Assembly: GCF_032191835.1 (NCBI RefSeq)
Contig: NC_083236.1
Span: 45,570,001-45,634,000 of the forward strand
Direction of reading: 5' to 3'
Source of the DNA: Heteronotia binoei
Lineage: Eukaryota
DNA: 64,000 nt
Under the pieces are notes generated by a model that was not told where the DNA came from, did not search any database, and saw only the letters and a program-made list of their open reading frames with translations. This document shows, in pieces, positions 39,482 to 52,448 of the stretch (position 1 is its first letter; each line of letters begins with the position of its first letter). The translations under genes and the position numbers were made by a program.

Positions 39482-40826
39482 ACACAAGTCCTATTAAAGT
39501 TTAGTGGGAGTTACAGAACCAGTGTGGTGCAGTGGTTAGCATTTGACTGGGATCTGTGAGACCTGTGTTCAAATCCCCACTTTACCAAGGAATATCGTTG
39601 GGTGACCCAAGACCTGTCACATCTTCTCAGCCTAACCTACCTCACAGGATAAAATGCAGCAGACATTAATGATGAGTGCTTTGAGTCTACATTGAGAAGA
39701 AAGGTGTAGAGGGGGGCGGGAAATAAACAATCTTAAATAAATAAAATGTCCCTTTGAAGAACAGATGCCTAGAACGATGTTCTTAGTTGCAATTATAGAA
39801 GGTTCTTTGCATTTTGTCAGTATCTAATTGCTGAGAATGTTGAACAGGCATACATTGTTTTTAGGCTGTTTATATTGTTTTATTATATGAATCTGATTTT
39901 AACTTTGTACTGATTGATTGTTGTTACCTGTTCAGAGCCCATTTGAGGAAGGGCAAGCTATAAATTGAAAATAATAAATATATAAATTGTGAATTATGGT
40001 GAAACTCCCTTATTGTGACAAAGATCTGGTTAAAAATATTGAGGTAACATATTAATACCATTAGGTAACCCCTGACCTAAATAACCCAGGCAAGCCTGAT
40101 CTCTTGGAAGATAAGCAGGGTCAACTCTGGTGAGTACTTGGATGGGAGACCTCCTTGAAATACCAAGTCAGGAGGACCAGGGGCAGGCTTTACTCAGCCA
40201 CCTGAATAACCTCCAGGCCCCCAGTAGGGATCAGTTACCAGAGGTTACCATGACTTCCACGTGTACCCACACACACACATAAAAATACACCCCACCCCCA
40301 GAAAAACAGTTAGGTAACAGTTACGATCCCTTAATAAAGTAATGGGCACGCCTGCATAATCTACACTTTTTATTGGACTATGAGAAACTGCAAATTAATT
40401 AGGTTATCCAAATGAAGCATACATGTGTACTTACTTTGCATACCTTATTTGCTCCACAGGCTGAAGAGGAAGGAACTATGAAGATAATTTCCTCAATCTC
40501 CCCAAGATTTCAGCAAGCCTTTCAAAGACTGTCTTTGTATCCATGTGTTTAAAAACCTGTCTCTCAGGCTGTCAATACTGACTTAACTATACACAGGAAC
40601 AAAGTAGGAGTCAAGTGGCACCTTTAAGTCCAACAAAGTTTTATTCAGAATGTAAGCTTTCGTATGTATATGAAAGCTTACATTCTGAATAAAATGTTGT
40701 TGGTCTTAAAGGTGCCAGACTCCTACTTTGTTCTACTGCTTCAGACCAACACGGCTGCCCACTTGGATCTATATACACAGGAAGATATATATGTATGTGA
40801 ATGTTAAGTGCCATCAAGTCACTTCC

Positions 40827-41113
40827 AGAGCCAGTTTGGTGTAGCGGTTAAGTGCATGGACTCTTATCTGGGAGAACCGGGTTTAATTCCCCACTCCAAC
40901 ACTTGCACCTGCTGGAATGGCCTTGGGTCAGCCATAGCTCTGGCAGAGGTTGTCCTTGAAAGGCCTGCTGCTGTGAGAGCCCTCTCAACCTCACCCACCT
41001 CACAGGGTGTCTGTTGTGGGGGGAGAAGATATAAGAGATTGTAAGCCGCTCTGAGTCTCTGATTCAGAGAGAAGGGTGGGGTATAAATCTGCAATTCTTC
41101 TTCTTCTTCTTCT
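40827..41113 (+). mobile_element. Squam3-like tRNA-derived SINE; copies about 1210-1490, 4128-4390, 4893-5160, 8655-8900, 12930-13165(-), 26450-26940(-), 26975-27195(-), 39518-39745, 50510-50965(-)
   Basis: Head AGAGCCAGTTTGGTGTAGYGGTTAAG with A/B boxes; L2-like tail TTGTAAGCCGCTCTGAG; simple-repeat end. Confidence 0.85.
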
Positions 41114-41830
41114 TATGGCAACCCTACTTTCCACTAATTAAAGTAAAAAAAATCAAACATACACAATATAGAGTTTGGCTACTAGCTGTAATTCATGCCA
41201 CCAAGAATGCATGGCTGCTGCCCATTCTGACTGTCTGAGCTCACCTCTTTGCACTGCATGGGAGGGTGGAGACCCTTGATCGCTCTGTTATCAGAATGTG
41301 TGCAGGGAGGTCACTTTTCACCAATACTGCAGTCTGAATTTCCAGTATCAATAAGGGGGGAGGGTTGAACCAATCTGCCAATTCAGTAGGGGAGCAAGCA
41401 GGGTAAGAAAATCAATTTTTATTTCACAGGCAAAACTGATCCCCCTGTGACTGCAGATCATAGCAATTTCCACCGATTGACATTTGGTGGTGGTGGAAGG
41501 GGAATATTCAAGTGATTCTGGGATGTCTGTGCGACCTGGACCGACAGGTACCCATATGTCAACCTGCACAGCTCGTCAAAAAGGTTACAATATCAACTGG
41601 CTTGTAATCATCATACCTCAACTTGAGAAAAGTGTGTTGCATGGAAAAGCCTTTTAACTCTGACAGTCAGCAAATTCCCTACCACTACCAACAGCAAAAG
41701 CAGTGAAATGTATGTTATTGATGTGGTGACAAGCAATAGGGGTTTCCCCTCCATGACCATGTAAAAAGACCTTCTGTGCAACACAGACAAATTCTGCAGC
41801 CCAAGATAAACATAACAAAACAAAATAGAC

Positions 41831-41836
41831 TTTATT
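41831..41836 (-). terminator. Candidate THAP11 polyadenylation signal
   Basis: AATAAA followed by a U/GU-rich tract (tctattttgttttgttatgttt), ending a repeat-free 2.6 kb downstream of the stop. Confidence 0.5.
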
Positions 41837-42830
41837 CAAATGAAGCATGTTTGTTAGCACCTCAGGATAACCATGAAAATAGAACAGTCCAACAGATAAA
41901 CCAGTCCAGCCATCTAATCAACTGAACGTGTTATTTAGTGCAGAATGGCAGAAAAGTACCACGACCGTCACGACACACACTTTCGGAACACTCTCAGCCA
42001 GCTACAAGACGCAGTCTTATTTACAAAGAGAGGAAAGCAGTGTGCTGCCCAGTACCTCCATGAGCAAAAGGAGAGCCATGTGATGTGACCAAAACATAAC
42101 CTGTATCTCAAATGCTCTGGAGCAAATCTGTCTGTAACTGCCTTCCCCAGCTGCTACGTTTGGACAAAAGTTAGCTAGGAAATCCAAAACTTATGATTAA
42201 AATAACGATTGGCATTCTAGCAACTTAACATGTGGACACGGTTCACGATGCTTTTCAAAGAACAGACCAGTTCTTCAGCAGTTGGTTACAGCAGAGGATC
42301 CATGAAGTCCAATGTAAGATTAAGGTTTATGTTCCATTACCACATCCCCCTGATAAAGCGCAGAGTCAATTAACACAAGCCTCAGGGAGGGAAAGGATTA
42401 GGTCTTATGATCTATGTGTAACAAAAAGGGACAAAGGGAGGCATAAGATGTATAAGGAAATATATATTTGAATTTATGAATTGGTGGTGTGTGTGTGTGA
42501 AATAAACTCACCCAGGCCATCGGGATGGAAGAATCTTTTGTTCTTTGCTGTCATGGAGAATGCTGAACAAATTTAAGCTCTGTATGCTTGCAATTGTTAA
42601 TTTTTGGTATCTCAACAAAAACCAAAAATAGAATAACCGGGCAGGTGGCTATCTTGACACTAACCAATCGCAGCAAATCTCAGCTCCCACTAGGAACGTC
42701 TTTTTTAATGTTCAAAACGCATAACATCCAAACCATGTTATCTAATTCCCTCTTATGGAAGTGTGCATTTTAGTTTAAAAGCCGAAAGGCAAATCAAGAC
42801 TCTAGTCAATCATTTTCATAGTTCTTCACT

Positions 42831-42899
42831 ATCTCAGCGAAAATTTAAAATTTGGGCAACCTCTGCATCTCAGTGAAAATTTAAAATTTGGGCAACCTT
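42831..42899. repeat. 36-bp tandem duplication
   Basis: atctcagYgaaaatttaaaatttgggcaacct occurs at 42831 and 42867. Confidence 0.9.
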
Positions 42900-44450
42900 G
42901 GCAGACAGCTTGTATCAATCACTGCACTGAACACATTAAACAGAAGCTTCTATTTGATACTATGCAACTGAACAGCCAGAGAAGGGTCATTGCAATTTTC
43001 TACAATGCCACGCCAGACTGTAAAACCATCCCTTTTTTAATTCTGTCCCATCTTTAACAGGGAAAATGTCCACGGAAATTCAATGAGTATTACCAATTCA
43101 GATGAGAAGAGTGCAGACTCTATCTTGCAAACTAATTCATGCTTATAGCATTTTTTTAAAGTTTTCTATGTAACATACAGAGTCGCTACTAAACTTTCTT
43201 GGAATTAGGGAGGATCTGCAACCACCACTGGAAATTAACTCCATTCCTCTTCTGTTGTAAACCAGATTACACAAGATCACTCTAAGTGAAAATTAAATAT
43301 ACTATTCGGCACTGGTTACATCAGAGTAGACTTAAGAATTTGCAGCAGTGAAATAAGAAGCAATTGTTGAATGCTAGGCAAGGGCATGGAACTATTCAAC
43401 TATGGCACAGCCACAATAATGCCTACAAGCTGGGAAAAAGAAAAGAGAGGAAGAAAAACCACAACTACAATCCAAGGATACCAACTACATATTCCAATTG
43501 CCCTCCTTAATTGCAAGAATGAAATTTGACACTAGAAATGTTATACTCCACACAAGCTTGTTGCTGGGGGGCGGGGGGGACCAATCATCCACAATTTTCT
43601 AAATTTTCGTCTATCGTGAAGAGGGGCAAACAGAATGTACGAATGACCATGGTTTCTAAGGCATCAGTCCGTAAGATGTTGACTGTGGATTAATCCTGGC
43701 ATAAATGCCATAAATACCATTACAACTTCTGTTAAGCATACTCCAGCCCCAGGTGTAGTTTACAGCTCAGGTGTGCTTCTCTAGGCAATCACTCTCTCTG
43801 TTTCCCTAAAAGCAATTTGACAGCTGGTGGCATGATGGCATAATGCTACGTCCACTCAGCTTTACAGGATGCCTCATTTTCCCAGGATAGCTCGAAAGGG
43901 ATCAGTTTCATCAGCATCACTGAGAGTACCAGGCCAGCTGCTTGTCTGACACCAGTGCTCTGAACAGTTTAAGTGATGCAAAGACTACAGCGTCAGTGTG
44001 GAACCAACAACCCAGATAGGACCCAGCTTAGTTCAAAAGAGCTGTGATTGTAGCTAAGTCTGGTTGGGTCGCTCTCATGGGGGGGGGGGGGGCAAAGGAG
44101 AATGTGTAAGTCCAGTTCAGTGTGGGCCTGTTCCTACACCAGCCTGGGCTTCCTTACAGAAGATGAAAGGTTGCCAGAGCATCATCTAGAACTGGCATGG
44201 TGCCTGCCAGGCGCCGGAGTTGTAACTTAAGGAGCAATGCCACACTGTGGCAGCCCAAGTTGTCCTCACAATGGCCACAGAGGTTTCTTCGGCCTGCCCT
44301 TGTCGTTGAAACCAATCCCAGATGGGTCTGTACATGCCCTGTCCTGCAGAGATGAGCAACGTTTTGAAGACCAAGAACCCGATCATGTGGCAAGTGTGCA
44401 TATGTGGGGTGAGCATGTGTCGGATGGCGAAGGAAGTGTCAGGCGCCCCC

Positions 44451-45212
44451 TCAGAGGCCGTGGCGCTTGCGGGCTCCCCCCACGGCACTGGCAGCGTGCA
44501 GCAGGCGGTCCTTCTCGCGGATTTCCTCACGGAGCTGGGCCTCAGCCAGACGCAGGCGCCGGATGCTGCCCTTCATCTCCTTCATCTTCACCTCCAGCAG
44601 GGCGATGATGTCCCGCTGCTCGTTCAGCTTGCGCAGCAGCTCCTCCGACGTGGTGCCCGAAGACAGGGAGTACGAGTGGTCGGGCGGGCCGTCCCCCAGG
44701 GGCCCATTCCCAGCCAGCAAGGCCAACTGGATGGGGGTGGCGACGGCTGCGGCAGCATCAGGACCCCCCAGCTCCACCTGCACGGTGAGGTCGATGGGCT
44801 TGACGTCCTCGGGTCCTCCTCCGGCTCGCGGTGCTTGCGCGCCCTGCTCGAGGGCTCCCTCTTGCTGCAGGGTGAGCAGCACAGCAGGCTGCTGGGCGGC
44901 TGCAGGTGGCTGGGCGTGGCGGGCGCGGCGAGCCCCGCGGGCGCCTTTGCGCTCGTTGACGCCCCGCAGGGGGAAGATAGTGGGCACGCGCACCAAGTAG
45001 GACTTGCGCCCGCCGGGGAAGTGCTCGGAGCAGACGCGGTGGCCGGTGGTGGGCTGGAAAGTGCTGAAGCAGCCGCTCACGCCCGCTCGCGACACGTTCT
45101 TCAGCCACAGGCGCCGCAGCTCCGCGTCCTTGGGGAAAGTGTAGAAGTGGAGCGCCTTGTCCCGGTGCGAGTTGCTGTAGCAGCCCGGCACGCAGCACGT
45201 GAACCCGGGCAT
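44451..45212 (-). CDS. THAP11: THAP domain-containing protein 11 (Ronin), single exon, 253 aa
   Basis: N-terminal C2CH THAP finger ([11 protein letters not shown]...CSEHF...PTIFP), HCF-1-binding motif DHSY, C-terminal coiled coil. Confidence 0.98.
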   Translation of the reverse strand: MPGFTCCVPGCYSNSHRDKALHFYTFPKDAELRRLWLKNVSRAGVSGCFSTFQPTTGHRVCSEHFPGGRKSYLVRVPTIFPLRGVNERKGARGARRARHAQPPAAAQQPAVLLTLQQEGALEQGAQAPRAGGGPEDVKPIDLTVQVELGGPDAAAAVATPIQLALLAGNGPLGDGPPDHSYSLSSGTTSEELLRKLNEQRDIIALLEVKMKEMKGSIRRLRLAEAQLREEIREKDRLLHAASAVGGARKRHGL

Positions 45213-45800
45213 GGTGGGTGGTGTGGGAGGCTTCCTCCCCCTCCACCACCCCGCCCGCTGCTCCTCCTCCTCCCGAGGCAGCCGGGACTACAGCTCCCAC
45301 AAGGCCTCCCGAGGCTGAACGCGACAAGAGGGCAGCTCCGCAATCGCCGCTGCCGCCGCTACGGCCGCCGCCGCTGCACCCCACAGGAAGCGGAACTACC
45401 CGCCCCACAAAGCACCGCGGCGCCGCGCACCGGAACTACGTTTCCCACAAGAGCTAGCGCGGCCCCGCTTTCTCCGCTAAGTTTAGGGAAGGGAGGAGGG
45501 CAACATGCTAAGGCTGTTTTTTTTATCCCCAGCGCCTACAAACGATGCTCCCGGTGTTTACGGTTTCCCGCCATCGGCCTCTTTGTAGGCCTTCATTTCG
45601 CTTCTCTCCAAACGCTTAGACTACTCGTACCATGATGCAACGGGAAGGACGGAACTACGCTTCCCACAATGCAGTTTGCTTGTTGGTAGTTTGCCGCCTC
45701 CTGGACGTTTCACCAGAACTGAAGTGGGGGGTGGGGGGGAGATTTGAGGTCTGCCGTTGCTGTGGCAACCCAACTTTAGTGGCGTCCTCCCCACGCTCGC
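45213..45800 (-). promoter_or_regulatory. THAP11 CpG-island promoter with five ZNF143/THAP11 (SBS) motifs
   Basis: ACTAC-nnn-TCCCA-like motifs at 45286, 45393, 45433, 45619 and 45652. Confidence 0.8.
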
Positions 45801-48800
45801 AGAGTTTAAAATTGATAGCAATTTTTTTGCATTTTGTTGCTATCCGTCCTAAGTCCTGATTTGTCAGGACAAAGGCGGGTTTAACAGTATTTTAATTCAA
45901 CAAACGTGAATCCACTTGTTCCCCTCCCGAGCGTGGCTTAGGGATTGGAGCTGAATAAAACACAGGAGTGTCCACTCGTACCTGAAAGACTAACAAATTT
46001 GTTCCAGTATCACCTTTTCTGAGTCAGGCGCATAAAGTCAGATGAAATGAGCTCTGACTCACGAAAGCTGATGTTGGAATAAATGCTATTATTCCTTTAG
46101 GTGCCGTCGGGCTCGTGTTGTTTTGTTGTTAAAGACTAAGGGAGCTGTCCAAAGTAGGCGTTCTCAGAAGTAAGCCCCATTTTATTGAATAGGTCTTACT
46201 CCCAGGGAAGTGTTCTGAGAATTGCAGCCTCACATGACTATCCTTTTGGCAATCATTGAGAATCTCTTCCTGCTGCATTTTTTGGCTGCTGGCTTGAAGT
46301 TGCCAAAACAAAGCCTGCTGGAGCTCAAAACATTTGACCCATAGGATGCCTTAATGGTTGGGAAAAACAAAGTTTGACTCCAGCGGCACCGTTAAGACCA
46401 ACACAGTTTTATTTGGGGTATAAGCTTTCCTGTGCATGCACTCTTCTTTAGATACATAAGTGGCTGGAAATAAAAGATACAACAACCGTGAGCTTTTAAG
46501 GAACTGTGATGCCCCTGACATTAAAATGAAAGATGGATAGCTGTCTTTCTCCCCTCACCTGCAGTTTATGAAGCCATCACAGCATTAAAAGATGGCCATA
46601 ATCATCAAGCATCCTATTATTATTAAAAAGTGAACTGGAGCCCTGTATCACAATTTGTAGCACAAGCTTTCAAGGAGGACAGCAATATTAAACACACCAC
46701 AGGGAAGCCCCATTGAACTGCTTTTGGAGACTGGACTGTAAGATATTTGCATACTAAATTTCATTTTATTGTGCTCCCTGAGGTAAATATGTATACTATG
46801 CATAGAACTGCAGCCTGAAACCCAATAGGAGGTTGATTGTAGCCTAATGAATGTGACTCTAGTCATGTATAATTTAATAAATTTTTAACCTTTTGACTGT
46901 AATTACCCCAATAGTACATGGAGCTTTTCTTTAAGTATGAGGGCAGGATTTCCCCAATGGATGTTTTCTACCTCAACAAATGGTCCCAGCCGTTTTCAGT
47001 ATGCTTGGTAAACAGAATTTCTGTTTACATCCCAGACTTCTGAACATAAAAATAACCCTGCTGGATTAGGCCAATGATCCATCTAGTCCAGGGTCCTACT
47101 TCCCAGAAGCAGATGCCATGAAAAGCCTTCAGTCAGGAGGACAAATCCTTCCCTGTTGCTGCTGCCAAACAACTGGTGTTCAAAGCTGTACTGCCTCTGA
47201 ATATGGAGGTCCCATTTACCTATCATGGTGGACTTCTCCATACATTTGTCAAATCTTCTTTTAAAGACGCTTAAATGGATGGCCATCAATTTATCCTGAG
47301 ATGATGTGTTCCACAGACTAATGATAGGCTATACAAATCAATGGCCCATGAACTTCACAAGGGCCCCCAAAGTTATAGCATTCTAGATGTGGAAGAAAAA
47401 TATCTTTCTCCACACCACTAATATTTTGATAAACCTGATAGAACATAATGCATGCCACAGACAATGGTATTACTTGAAAATTCACTTATATTAAACAAAA
47501 ACTTACACGTCCTTCTCCCCATGTTTTTATACTCTTCATGATGTTGCTGGTTTTGATCCAGTCATTACTTGTGTTATTTCTGTTTCATAAGATCCATCGT
47601 GGTCTCTCTTCTTTTCTTTTATCTATAGACTCCAGTTGGTTTTACAGTTTCCATATACTGGACACCAAAGATTCTTTTGATGTCTCTTGAGTCACTTAAT
47701 CACTCCTCCACTATCAACAACTGTCATGGAATCTTTTAGATTCACCATAATTCTGACTCCTGATTCTGGAGCTACTGGCTTTTATAATTCCATGGTCATA
47801 GCTCCTCAAAGTTCTGAAATGAAGCCATATTGTCTTTGGCTGGGCTTGAGCTGGGATTGGGTTCCAGGGATCAAACCCTCAATAAATTATGCATGGGAAT
47901 TTTGAATGGGCCTCTGTGATCCACTGTCAGAGGGTGCATTCACACTACACTAAATGTGTTTTGCAACTGGAATTTTGCTATCCTTACACAGTACAAATCC
48001 AGTTGTTAAAACATTATTTAGTGTAGTGTGAATGCATCCTAGTTTAGCTTGAACACATGAAGTGGTCTTCTGCTGAATCAGACCATTGGCCTATCAAAGT
48101 AAATGTGTCCTACTCTGACTGGCAGCAGTTCTCCAGGGTCTTTGGGTGGAGGTCTTTCATATCACTGGCATTTACACTTAACTAGAAATGCTGGGGACTG
48201 AACCTGGGACCTTCTCCGTGCAAACCAGATGCCCTACCACAGAGCCATACCTCCTCAGAGCTCCTCTATACTTCCTCAGAAGTAAGGTCCCATGAGTTAA
48301 ATGAGATTTATTCTCTGATGGTACATGTAGTTAAGGGTGCAGCTTTAATCGACAAAACTACAGGACAGCAGCTGCTTGCAAGTAATATCCCAGCCCCCAT
48401 TACTGGGCACCAGCACACCACAGAAGGGAAAGATGGTAGAAATGTGTGTAGGGAGACAGCAAAAGCTGCTAGGGCCACAGATGCACAGATGCTGAGTGGG
48501 TAGTAGAACCAGGCACAAGCTTGGCATGAAGACATCACTTTCTGCTGCTGGGTTCCCCAAACTTTTTTGACCTTGTAGGCACCTTTGGAATTCTGACACA
48601 GGGTGGTAGGCACAACCACAAAATACCTGCCCAAGGAGACAGAGCCAGCCACAAAACTCAGACTCAGCTCTTTCAAAATAATAAAATTTAGTTTGGCTTT
48701 TGGAAGTTCTTGCTGTGAGGCCAACAGTTACATTTATTGCCACTCCTGAATAGGGTTGTCAGGTCTAGGTTGGAAAATACCTGGAGGCTTTGGGGGTGGA

Positions 48801-49886
48801 GCTGGGAGAGGGGGGGTTGGGGAGGGGCCTCAGCATGGTAAAATGTGATAGAGTCCACCCTTCAAAGCAGCCATTTTCTCAAGGGAAACTGATTTCTGTA
48901 GTCTGGAGATCAGTTGTAAAAGCAGGAGATCTCCAGGCCCCACCTGGAGACTGGCAAGCCCACGCCTGAAAATTATTTTGGTGAAATACATGTTCATAAA
49001 TGATCCAAAACTCACAGCCAGGGATGGCCCTGCCACTAGGCAAACTAGGCAATTGCCTTAGGCACTGGCCTTCTGGGGATCCCAAATTGGGTGCCCATAC
49101 ATGACTTTGTGACATTATCAGTACAGGAGTGGGGTGGCCAGAAGTTAGTGTGGCCTAGGGTGCCAGACAGTCTAAGGCCAGCCCTGCTCACAGCCAAGTC
49201 TACAGCTGAACTGCAGCTATCTGCCTAATCCACACGGACACACACAATGTTCCCTCTAAACTGCAGAGTCTTGTGAGCAAAAATTCTACTTTGTGAGCTA
49301 CTGGCATGAAAGTTATGAGCTGCTGCATAAATTAGTGTGCTCTAGGGTCATCCTTTCAGAGCTTAGACAAAAATGTGTGAGCTGGAGGCTAAAAATCTGT
49401 GAGCTAGCTCACACTAACTCAGCTTAGAGGGAACACGACACACACATCAAAGGCACAAAACCTCACCCAACATTCTTGGTGTGACCGATTGGCTCATCTG
49501 GTAAAATTGGAGGTTGCCAGTACCTGAGTGATAATTAGGGATGCCAGCCTCCAGATGGGACATGCGTATCCTCTGGAATTACAGTTCATCTCCAGAGCAT
49601 AGAGATGATTTCCCTTGGAGAAAATGAATGCTTTAGAGGGCAGACTCTAAGGCACTGTACCCCACTGAGATCTTGACCTCCCCAGGTTCCATTCCCAAAT
49701 CTCCAGGAGTTTCTCTGCCTGAATCTGGCAATCCTCCTCCCATTCTCCACCTTTAATTTTTGTAATCTGCCTTCAGTTTTCAGGAGAAAGACGGACTACA
49801 AATGAAATAAATACGTCTTTTTTTAATGTTCACCTTTTAAAACACCCGTTAGACTAGCGTGGAGAACATTTATGACGTACTGACAC

Positions 49887-50011
49887 TCAAAGGGAGGGAA
49901 TTATCTATGTTTTCCTAAATTTGCGGTAAGTGTTCTAATTCTAGTCAATACCGTATTGAAAAGAACAGTCACCGCAAATTTAAGAAAACATAGATAACTC
50001 CCTGCCTTTGA
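49887..50011. repeat. Inverted repeat with about 50-bp arms upstream of the CENPT promoter
   Basis: tcaaagggagggaattatctatgttttcctaaatttgcggt mirrored by accgcaaatttaagaaaacatagataactccctgcctttga. Confidence 0.85.
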
Positions 50012-50099
50012 ATGCTTCCGAAAAACAGGCCTTTGAATTATTATCAGCAATAGCGTTCATCCTGTATCAGTTTCCCCCTTTAACGCCGTGGGCTCAGAA

Positions 50100-50500
50100 T
50101 AACGTCGTCTAAAGTCTTTCGAATAGCTCACATTCCAGGCACTATCCCGTAGCAGAAACACGTCTCCCACGGAGAAGACAAATGAAACTACCTTTCCCAG
50201 CGACCAGCGCGAGAGCGCTCGAGCCTGAAGCTTCGACGAGAGAATTATCGCGAGACTCGGTCTTATCGCGAGACTCGGTCCGCCTCCGCTTGAATCTCTG
50301 AGCGGGAGCGAGAAAAAGAATAACCGTTCGGCTTCCGAGCCGCCTCGTTTCCGTTAGGGCCCTGCTTCGAGCCGGGACGCAGAAGAGCCATGGCCACTCG
50401 CAGGAGGTCGGGCAGGCTCCTGGTGCAGCCAAAGAGGCGTTCCCAGCGCCTAGGGAAGGTAGGAGCTGGATCAGAATCGGAACAATGCCGGGCAATGAAG
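50100..50500 (+). promoter_or_regulatory. CENPT CpG-island promoter
   Basis: CpG-rich; SBS motif AACTACCTTTCCCAG at 50186-50200; two tandem TATCGCGAGA elements at 50245-50280. Confidence 0.7.
50390..50458 (+). CDS. CENPT: CENPT candidate first coding exon
   Basis: GCCATGG Kozak context; MATRRRSGRLLVQPKRRSQRLGK then gtagga donor; phase 0 fits the next exon. Confidence 0.65.
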
Positions 50501-52448
50501 CAACCGCTCGTTTTATTTATTTAATTCATTTATAACTCGCCTTTCCTCCCAAAGGGGGCGCAAAATGGCTCTCATCAGTCTCTTCCCCCCCCAGTTTATC
50601 CTCACAACAACCCTGAGAGGTAGATTCAGGTGGGCAGCCATGTTGGTCTGAAGTAGCAAGGCAAAGTTTATCCCAGGAGCACCTTGACAACCAACAAAGA
50701 AAATGAAGAAGATATTGGATTTATACCCCCCCTTCCTTCTGCATCTCAGAGCGGCCTACAATCTCCTTTATCTTCCTCCCCCACAACAGACGCCATGTGA
50801 GGTGTGTGGGGCTGAGAGAGCTCTCCCCAGAAGCTGCCCCTTCAAGGACAACTATGCGAGAGCTGTGGCTGACCCAAGGCCACTCCAGCAGCTACAACTG
50901 GAGGAATTGGGATTCAAACCTGGTTCTTCCAGATAACGAGTCCACACACTTAACCACTACACCAAACAGAATCACAAAAGTGTGATTCAAGGTGTGAACA
51001 TTCATGTGTATGCACACTGTGAGGTAGGTTAGGCTGAGAGAGCATGACTGGCCCAAGGTTACCCAGCATGGGTGGGGATTTGTTTGCTACACTTTTATGC
51101 CGCTTTTCTTCCTAGCAGTTTAGGGCAGTTCCATTAGCATCCTCCTCTTCATTTAACCCTTACAACAACCCTGTGGTGTAGATTCCGTTGTTTGTTTACC
51201 CAGGAGTCTTTCTTATCGAGGTGTAGGGCTATGAAGGCCTGAGTTCAAATCCTCTTTGCATGACTGCTGAAGCATGTTGCTGCTTGGTGTCACCTTGTAC
51301 AGTAATTTAGCAGGACCTTCCAAACCAGGGATGCAAAATATTAAATTAATGTAAGGTCTTCCATATTGTTTATGTATTGGTGGAATTCCCCCCCCCCCCC
51401 CCAGGTTTGGGGAGACTAGCGAAGAGTTACCCTGTGCATTCCAGGATTCTCTGTACCTGTGGAATGTGCCATAGTTACTATTAATCATGACACCAAAGTG
51501 CATTAATTTTCAAAGAGCTGATAATAAGGAAAAACACCTATGCAGACTATGTATTTGTAAGATGATGTCCTTTTATGGTATAGTTATTTTAAAGAACACA
51601 CAATCTTGCATTGTTGTGAGCTTTCAAATATTTATCTATACATTTTTATAGTCTAAATGGTTGCTTTCTTAAACAAAATTCACACACTCCTATTCAGATA
51701 TGTCACAGGAAGTACTTTACATGATATGCAATCTTGGGGAAAATAGGAATGCGTGACTCACAACCCCACCTGTCTTGATAAGGAAGGGGAATGAAACTGT
51801 CAGGGACCCTGTAGTTTCAGAGACAGAGAACTGTTCCAAAGTAACTCTTATTTATTGAAATACAAAACCATAAAGCGAAAATATTCAAGCAAATAACAAA
51901 TTCAGTTTAATGTATTAGAAGACATAAAAAGACAATATTTGTCAATAAAGAGTATACTTGTTTCTATTTAGGAACACTGTGTTCCTAGCAGGGGTAATTT
52001 GGAAACGAGTTCCAAACAATGGCAGAACTCTCATTATATAGAAGAAAAATCCAGAGTAGCTGTCAGTTAAGAAATGGGATGGGCAGATCCCTCCCCTTGC
52101 GGACCTGATGAATTCTGCTCAGGTTCAGAGCATGATCTATTGAGTTAGAAACACCTGACACTTTCCCCATGTCAAGGCAGAATTCTGGAGTCACATATCC
52201 TGATATCTAGATGCTTAGGCTTCAAGGCTGAAACTCAGAAATGTAAACAGTTCTTTTAGAACAGAGTACATGGTCAGCTTGAGAGAGGCATATGACAATA
52301 GGTAAACATGCAAAACCTTATGGGAGAGAGGACCAAACAGAAAGGCACAAGCTAATTCAGGCTGCTATACAGAAAAGCCAAGTCCTGCTTGTAATTCTGC
52401 TGCATGTAATTTCTCTTATGGAAGCTTCCATCACAAGAGGGCAGCCAG

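Noticed and set aside
44322-45635. 437-aa plus-strand ORF (and a 177-aa one) overlapping THAP11
   Set aside because: Antisense shadow of a GC-rich coding exon and CpG island; no recognisable domain.
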